The position numbers and the translations under genes were made by a program. Source: Pecten maximus (taxonomy: Eukaryota). Taken from it: a DNA stretch of 64,000 nt. The notes beneath the pieces are model-generated. The model had not been told where the DNA came from and ran no database searches. It was given only the letters and a program-made list of their open reading frames with translations. Below are positions 57,585-64,000 of this stretch, piece by piece; the stretch's first letter is position 1; each line of letters starts with the position of its first letter. The DNA is taken from NCBI RefSeq assembly GCF_902652985.1, contig NC_047024.1:31124001-31188000 (forward strand). The letters run 5' to 3'.

Positions 57585-60038
57585 TTTGTGTATTTGCTGT
57601 ATTAGGACCACAGGGACCTGACGATTAGTTACAGTAATGTGTATTAGGACCACAGGGATCTGACGATTAGTTACAGTAATGTGTATTTGGACCACAGGGA
57701 CCTGGCGATTAGTTACAGTAATGTGTATTTGGACCAGAGGGACCTGGCGATTTGTTACAGTAATGTGTACTTGGACCGCAGGGACCTGACGATTTGTTAC
57801 AGTAATATGTATTAGGACCACAGGGACCTTACGATTTGTTACAGTAATGTGTATTTGTTGAATTTGGACCACAGGGATCTGACGATTTGTTACAGTAATA
57901 TGTATTAGGACCACAGGGACCTGACGATTTGTTACAGTAATGTGTATTTGGACCACAGGGACCTGACGATTTGTTAAAGTATATGTATTTGTTGAATTTG
58001 GACCACAGGGATCTGACGATTTGTTACAGCAATGTGTATTTGAACCACAGTGACCTGACGATTTGTTACAGTAATGTGTATTTGGACCGCAGGGACCTGA
58101 CGATTTGTTACAGTAATATGTATTAGGACCGCAGGGACCTGACGATTTGTTACAGTAATATGTATTAGGACCACAGGGACCTGACGATTTGTTACAGTAA
58201 TGTGTATTTGGACCACAGGGACCTGACGATTTGTTACAGTAATATGTATTAGGACCGCAGGGACCTGACGATTTGTTACAGTAATATGTATTAGGACCAC
58301 AGGGACCTGACGATTTGTTACAGTAATATGTATTTGGACCGCAGGGACCTGACGATTTTTTACAGTAATATGTATTTGGACCACAGGGACCTGACGATTT
58401 GTTACAGTAATGTGTATTTGGACCACAGGGACCTGACGATTTGTTAAAGTATATGTATTTGTTGAATTTGGACCACAGGGATCTGACGATTTGTTACAGT
58501 AATGTGTATTTGAACCACAGTGACCTGACGATTTGTTACAGTAATGTGTATTTGGACCGCAGGGACCTGACGATTTGTTACAGTAATATGTATAAGGACC
58601 ACAGGGACCTGACGATTTGTTACAGTAATGTGTATTTGGACCGCAGGGACCTGACGATTTGTTACAGTAATATGTATTAGGACCACAGGGACCTGACGAT
58701 TTGTTACAGTAATGTGTATTTGGACCACAGGGACCTGACGATTTGTTACAGTAATATGTATTAGGACCGCAGGGACCTGACGATTTGTTACAGTAATGTG
58801 TATTTGGACCGCAGGGACCTGACGATTTGTTACAGTAATATGTATTAGGACCACAGGGACCTGACGATTTGTTACAGTAATGTGTATTTGGACCGCAGGG
58901 ACCTGACGATTTGTTACAGTAATATGAATTAGGACCACAGGGACCTGACGATTTGTTACAGTAATATGTATTAGGACCACAGGGACCTGACGATTTGTTA
59001 CAGTAATATGTATTTGGACCGCAGGGACCTGACTATTTTTTACAGTAATATGTATTTGGACCACAGGGACCTGACGATTTGTTACAGTAATGTGTATTTG
59101 TTGAATTTGGACCACAGGGATCTGACGATTTGTTACAGTAATATGTATTAGGACCACAGGGACCTGACGATTTGTTACAGTAATGTGTATTTGGACCACA
59201 GGGACCTGGCGATTAGTTACAGTAATGTGTATTTGGACCACAGGGACCTGACGATTTGTTAAAGTATATGTATTTGTTGAATTTGGACCACAGGGATCTG
59301 ACGATTTGTTACAGTAATGTGTATTTGAACCACAGTGACCTGACGATTTGTTACAGTAATATGTATTAGGACCACAGGGACCTGACGATTTGTTACAGTA
59401 ATATGTATTAGGACCACAGGGACCTGACGATTTGTTACAGTAATATGTATTTGGACCGCAGGGACCTGACGATTTGTTACAGTAATATGTATTTGGACCA
59501 CAGGGACCTGACGATTTGTTACAGTAATGTGTATTTGTTGAATTTGGACCACAGGGATCTGACGATTTGTTACAGTAATATGTATTAGGACCACAGGGAC
59601 CTGACGATTTGTTACAGTAATGTGTATTTGGACCACAGGGACCTGGCGATTAGTTACAGTAATGTGTATTTGGACCACAGGGACCTGACGATTTGTTAAA
59701 GTATATGTATTTGTTGAATTTGGACCACAGGGATCTGACGATTTGTTACAGTAATGTGTATTTGAACCACAGTGACCTGACGATTTGTTACAGTAATGTG
59801 TATTTGTTGAATTTGGACCACAGGGATCTGATGATTTGTTACAGTAATATGTATTAGGACCACAGGGACCTGACGATTTGTTACAGTAATATGTATTTGG
59901 ACCACAGGGACCTGACGATTTGTTAAAGTATGTGTATTTGTTGAATTTGGACCACAGGGATCTGACGATTTGTTACAGTAATGTGTATTTGGACCACAGG
60001 GACCTGACGATTTGTTACAGTAATGTGTATTTGGACCA
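57585..60038. repeat. 42-bp satellite with a longer (+GTTGAATTT) variant, about 55 copies
   Basis: Unit GGACCACAGGGACCTGACGATTTGTTACAGTAAT(G/A)TGTATT(T/A). Confidence 0.97.
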
Positions 60039-60291
60039 ATATCGGTACATCTATAGTGAGGTCAATTTTGCCATGGTTACTCTTTCCCCATAAAATAAAT
60101 GTCTTTTGATGAATAGAACGGACTCATTGATAGTGGGACCCAAATACATCATGACAAATTTTAATGTTCCTGTGGTTGAGCTTTTCCAAAAGTTATTGTA
60201 TAAAAGTGATTTGTTGACCAATGTTGTGACCTCGGCTGGGTGTATATAGAGATGTACGGTGGCTGGGAGCAGACATTATAAAAAAACACTG

Positions 60292-60947
60292 ACCCCTCAT
60301 GTGTAGAGAGGGGCGTGACCCCTAATGTGTAGAGAGGGGCGTGACCGCAATGTGTTGAGAGGGTCGCGACTCCAGTGTGTTGAGAGGGGTGTCCCAAATG
60401 TGTAAGGGGCGTGACCCCTAATGTGTAGAGAGGGGCGTGACCCCTAATGTGTAGAGAGGGGCGTGACCCCTAATGTGTAGAGAGGGTCGCGACTCCAGTG
60501 TGTTGAGAGGGGCGTGACCCTAATGTGCAGAGAGGGACGTGACCCTAATGTATAGAGACGGGCGTGGCCCCTAATGTGTAGAGAGGGCGTTACCCCTAAT
60601 GTGCAGAGAGGGGCGTGACCCTAATGTGCAGAGAGGGGCGTGACCCCGATGTGTAGGGAGGGGCGTGACCCCGATGTGCAGAGAGGGGCGTGACCCCAAA
60701 GTGTAGGGAGGGGCGTGACCCCAATGTATAGAGACGGGCGTGACTCCGATGTGTAGGAAGGTGTATGAACTCCATGTGTAGAGAGGGACGTGACCAGATA
60801 TGGCCGGGACCCAAATGTGTAGAGGGACGTGACTCCGATGTGTAGAGAGAGGATTGACTCAAATGAGTAGAGAGGGGCGTGGCTCTAATGTGTTGAGAGG
60901 GGCGGGACCACGCTTTGTACAGAGGGGCAGGACTCCAATGTGTAGAG
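60292..60947. repeat. Degenerate 25-26-bp G-rich minisatellite
   Basis: Unit ATGTGTAGAGAGGGGCGTGACCCCTA. Confidence 0.9.
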
Positions 60948-62832
60948 AAAAAATATGTGTACCCCGGATAATATCCCTTCAATCACCAGGACTAACCAGG
61001 TGATACTGCGTGACCTCGAACTAAGGCTATGGAAATCCAACGTAGTGCAAGTAATGCCAATTTCACAGTTGGTTATTCAGAAGCTATGGGAAAGGACCGA
61101 GTCGGTTTCAAATGGATTGACCAAAGTTCTATGGTTACCTTTTTGAAGAAAAACAATGATAATTTTGTAATTGATGTAGCCGAGACTTGAGCAGAAAGCC
61201 ATTCAGTTTGTCAACTTGTTTCATCTAGTTTCCACCATAGGACATGGATATCGCCCGGAAACAAACTTCCTGATGTAAAGCGGACTGCATCAACCAGTAA
61301 TTAAGAAAATGGAGCAGACAAAGCTATTTCCCTAGAGTATCTACAACTTCAAACATTAATTTATAACTTACACTTAGCCGTGTTCATGGTGTTGGGGTTT
61401 CATTCCATTCATTCGAGTATGGCTTCTTTTCCCGCGATATTTACTCAAAAATTGGAAGTCGAAAGTCAAGGTTGTCTTGCCTAAAAATCGATAGTCAAAG
61501 TTTCATTCCATTCCAATATGGCTTCTTTTCCTTTTCCCTTTAGGTCATTGTGTCTTTATTTGATTACCAACTTGTTTCCGGGACACTCAATATTCATGAT
61601 CAGTAGGCATGTGTGTCACCGTCGATTCTAAGCCCCGCCTACAGCCAATCAGAATCGGTGTTAGTCTCGCGTGCCACTTGTTTGTACTAAAAGTTGTTAC
61701 GTGAACGTCGATAAGCTAGAATATGTTACACAAAGTAGGACGACTGGATCGTTGACGATTTAAGACAGCATAGACAATATATTACTGAAACGGTGAATCT
61801 GGACGTGACTGCACATGAAACTCTTTTCTCTCGGTACAAACTTTTTGCCAATTTGGACCGGAGATGTTCGGGGTTTCTTTTGGACGAGGACGGGCCTAGT
61901 TGTCTTGTTTTACTCTCTGATTAGTCTTGACACATGCATGCACGTCCTTCAGGATACAGTGATTATAAATAAAAAGTTTACATTAAAAAAAAAAAAATAA
62001 CCGGACCCAGGAGTTACGTGTCATTTCGACATACATTAACATCTGCGTTATCAGGAGACGATCTGCCAGACATCAATGCACCTTTTAGAATCGCTACATT
62101 GAATCCCCAGGTCTATTATGCAAGCACAGTATTTACACCTTTCATATGTGTGTATATGATTTAGCAAAGAACATTAAAATTTGTTTGAAGACTCCTACAA
62201 TATCTGTGGGGTTTTAACGTGTTTACATCATCGTATAGGTACACTTGATCATTATAGCACAGAGACGAGGCGTTATACCGCGAAATGAACTCAGAGTGCT
62301 TCAACACGATTTGAAACGAATTGTAATTTAACACATTCAAGTATATAATAAAAGGGCTTTAATGTTTTGTTAACAAGTTGGTATTCAGTGTCAAATTCGG
62401 TCTTGTTGCATCATGACATAAACGACCCATCGCAATAATTACTCCTCCTTCAGCGTTGAACTGCGAGAGTAGTTGTATTTAATGACGTAATGAATGAAAC
62501 AGCATACATACATTTTGAATTAGTCCGTAAAGTGTTGTTTGCATGTAAAGCTCTGTCATTTTTATACCCCAGTAAATAATGTGTGTATACTGGAATCGGA
62601 TTGTATGTCCACGACACATAATCTAGCCAGAAATACAAACAGCTGATACCACTGCGCCACATCCACGTTCTTCAAACTTAACTAAAATAATTTATTCATT
62701 ACCGCCGTTTAAATCTTCTTCCTTGCTCAAAGGAGGACAAGTCAACGAAAAAAAAACAAATTTTAGGAAAATGAAATATCTAGAATAAAAGTAACTTTCT
62801 AGTTATTTTATATCGCGATAGTGCTTATAATA

Positions 62833-62895
62833 TAGCCCGAGTTTTCTCTGGCCCTGACACTGTACCAGACACGATGTCAGAGGAAACTCGGGCTA
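62833..62895. mobile_element. Short internally deleted copy of the fold-back MITE family at 39777
   Basis: TAGCCCGAGTTTTCTCTGGCCCTG...GAGGAAACTCGGGCTA shares about 21 nt of terminal sequence with the 39777 copy. Confidence 0.65.
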
Positions 62896-63347
62896 GGCAT
62901 AGTGCCATGCAAATGTACAGGCCCCATTTAGAGTCTCTTTATATGTAAAAGTAAATGATTCAATTAATACGGCCCCATTTAATTATGATCATTGCCACAC
63001 TCGAATAGGAAACGTACAATACGTTATCGTACTGGGCAGGACACCAATGGCGGTTAGAGGCATTATCAGAATATATCTATGTATTATTTTGTACATTATG
63101 TATTGGTTGTGTAATTAAGTTATTAATTACTTTGGGTGATAGTGTTTGAGTGCTTATTTACGTGCAGAGTACGCGCGTGTGTGTGGGTGAATGTGTGTGC
63201 ATGCGTGTTTTGTGATTTTGTTGTATAAACTTAAACAAGTGGTAGATTAACTAATTATAAATGTTTTACAACCAGCTAAATGTTACCAAGGAGTTGTTTC
63301 TGTCTGAATAGTATTTAGTTGTTTGACACTGTCGATGATGAATGTAC

Positions 63348-64000
63348 ATGGTGTATGACACTGTCCATGTTGTATGTCCGTGGTGTATGACATTATCCGT
63401 GGTGTATGACACTGTCCATGGTGTATGCCACTGTCCATGGTGTATGCCACTGTCCATGGTGTATGTCCATGGTGTATGACATTGTCCGTGGTGTATGACA
63501 CTGTCCATGGTGTACAAGACTGTCCATGGTGTATGTCCGTGGTGTATGACATTGTCCGTGGTGTACCACACTGTCCATGGTGTATGACACTGTCCATGGT
63601 GTATGACACTGTCCATGGTGTATGTCCGTGGTGTATGACATTGTCCGTGGTGTACCACACTGTCCATGGTGTATGACACTGTCCATGGTGTATGACACTG
63701 TCCATGGTGTATGACACTGTCCATGGTGTATGTCCGTGGTGTATGACATTGTCCGTGGTGTACCACACTGTCCGTGGTGTACCACACTGTCCATGGTGTA
63801 TGACACTGTCCGTGGTGTATGACATTGTCCGTGGTGTATGACACTGTCCATGGTGTACAAGACTGTCCATGGTGTATGTCCGTGGTGTATGACATTATCC
63901 GTGGTGTATGCCACTGTCCATGGTGTATGACACTGTACATGGTGTATGCCACTGTCCATGGTGTATGACACTGTCCATGGTGTATGACACTGTCCATGGT
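63348..64000. repeat. 19-bp minisatellite with a 13-bp variant, running off the window end
   Basis: Unit CATGGTGTATGACACTGTC and shorter C(A/G)TGGTGTATGTC. Confidence 0.95.

Noticed and set aside
51348-59905. Long ORFs (up to 870 aa) in the ORF track
   Set aside because: They lie within tandem satellites, occur in several overlapping frames on both strands, and switch frame at unit indels. No domain or splice context.

Overview
AT-rich, intron-rich animal genomic DNA, most likely a bivalve mollusc (pearl/HINE-type elements, CR1-type LINE, abundant minisatellites). It is not prokaryotic, and I found no rRNA, tRNA or CRISPR array. Left to right: (1) the first coding exon of GEN1 (Holliday-junction resolvase) on the minus strand, missed by the ORF track; (2) head-to-head with it, a complete 32-coding-exon BAZ1B/WSTF gene (3449-26837, about 1563 aa by manual splicing, all intron phases consistent); (3) two complete three-exon Ly6/uPAR (quiver/sleepless-like) GPI-anchored protein genes on the minus strand; (4) a possible third, divergent signal-peptide exon; (5) about 10 kb of abutting, unrelated satellites that generate most of the long ORFs in the track. 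Most notable observations: the exon/5'-splice-site junction of the BAZ1B PHD1 exon has been amplified into a 21-copy minisatellite (20 decoy GTAAGT donors), with older echoes of the same process at two other BAZ1B donors. BAZ1B intron 1 has minor-spliceosome (U12) signals. This BAZ1B has a second PHD finger. A C-rich satellite sits inside a CR1 LINE. An intronic 27-bp array carries CRE palindromes. Several non-autonomous DNA transposons have clean TIRs and TSDs. All homology calls come from recall of known protein families, not database searches.
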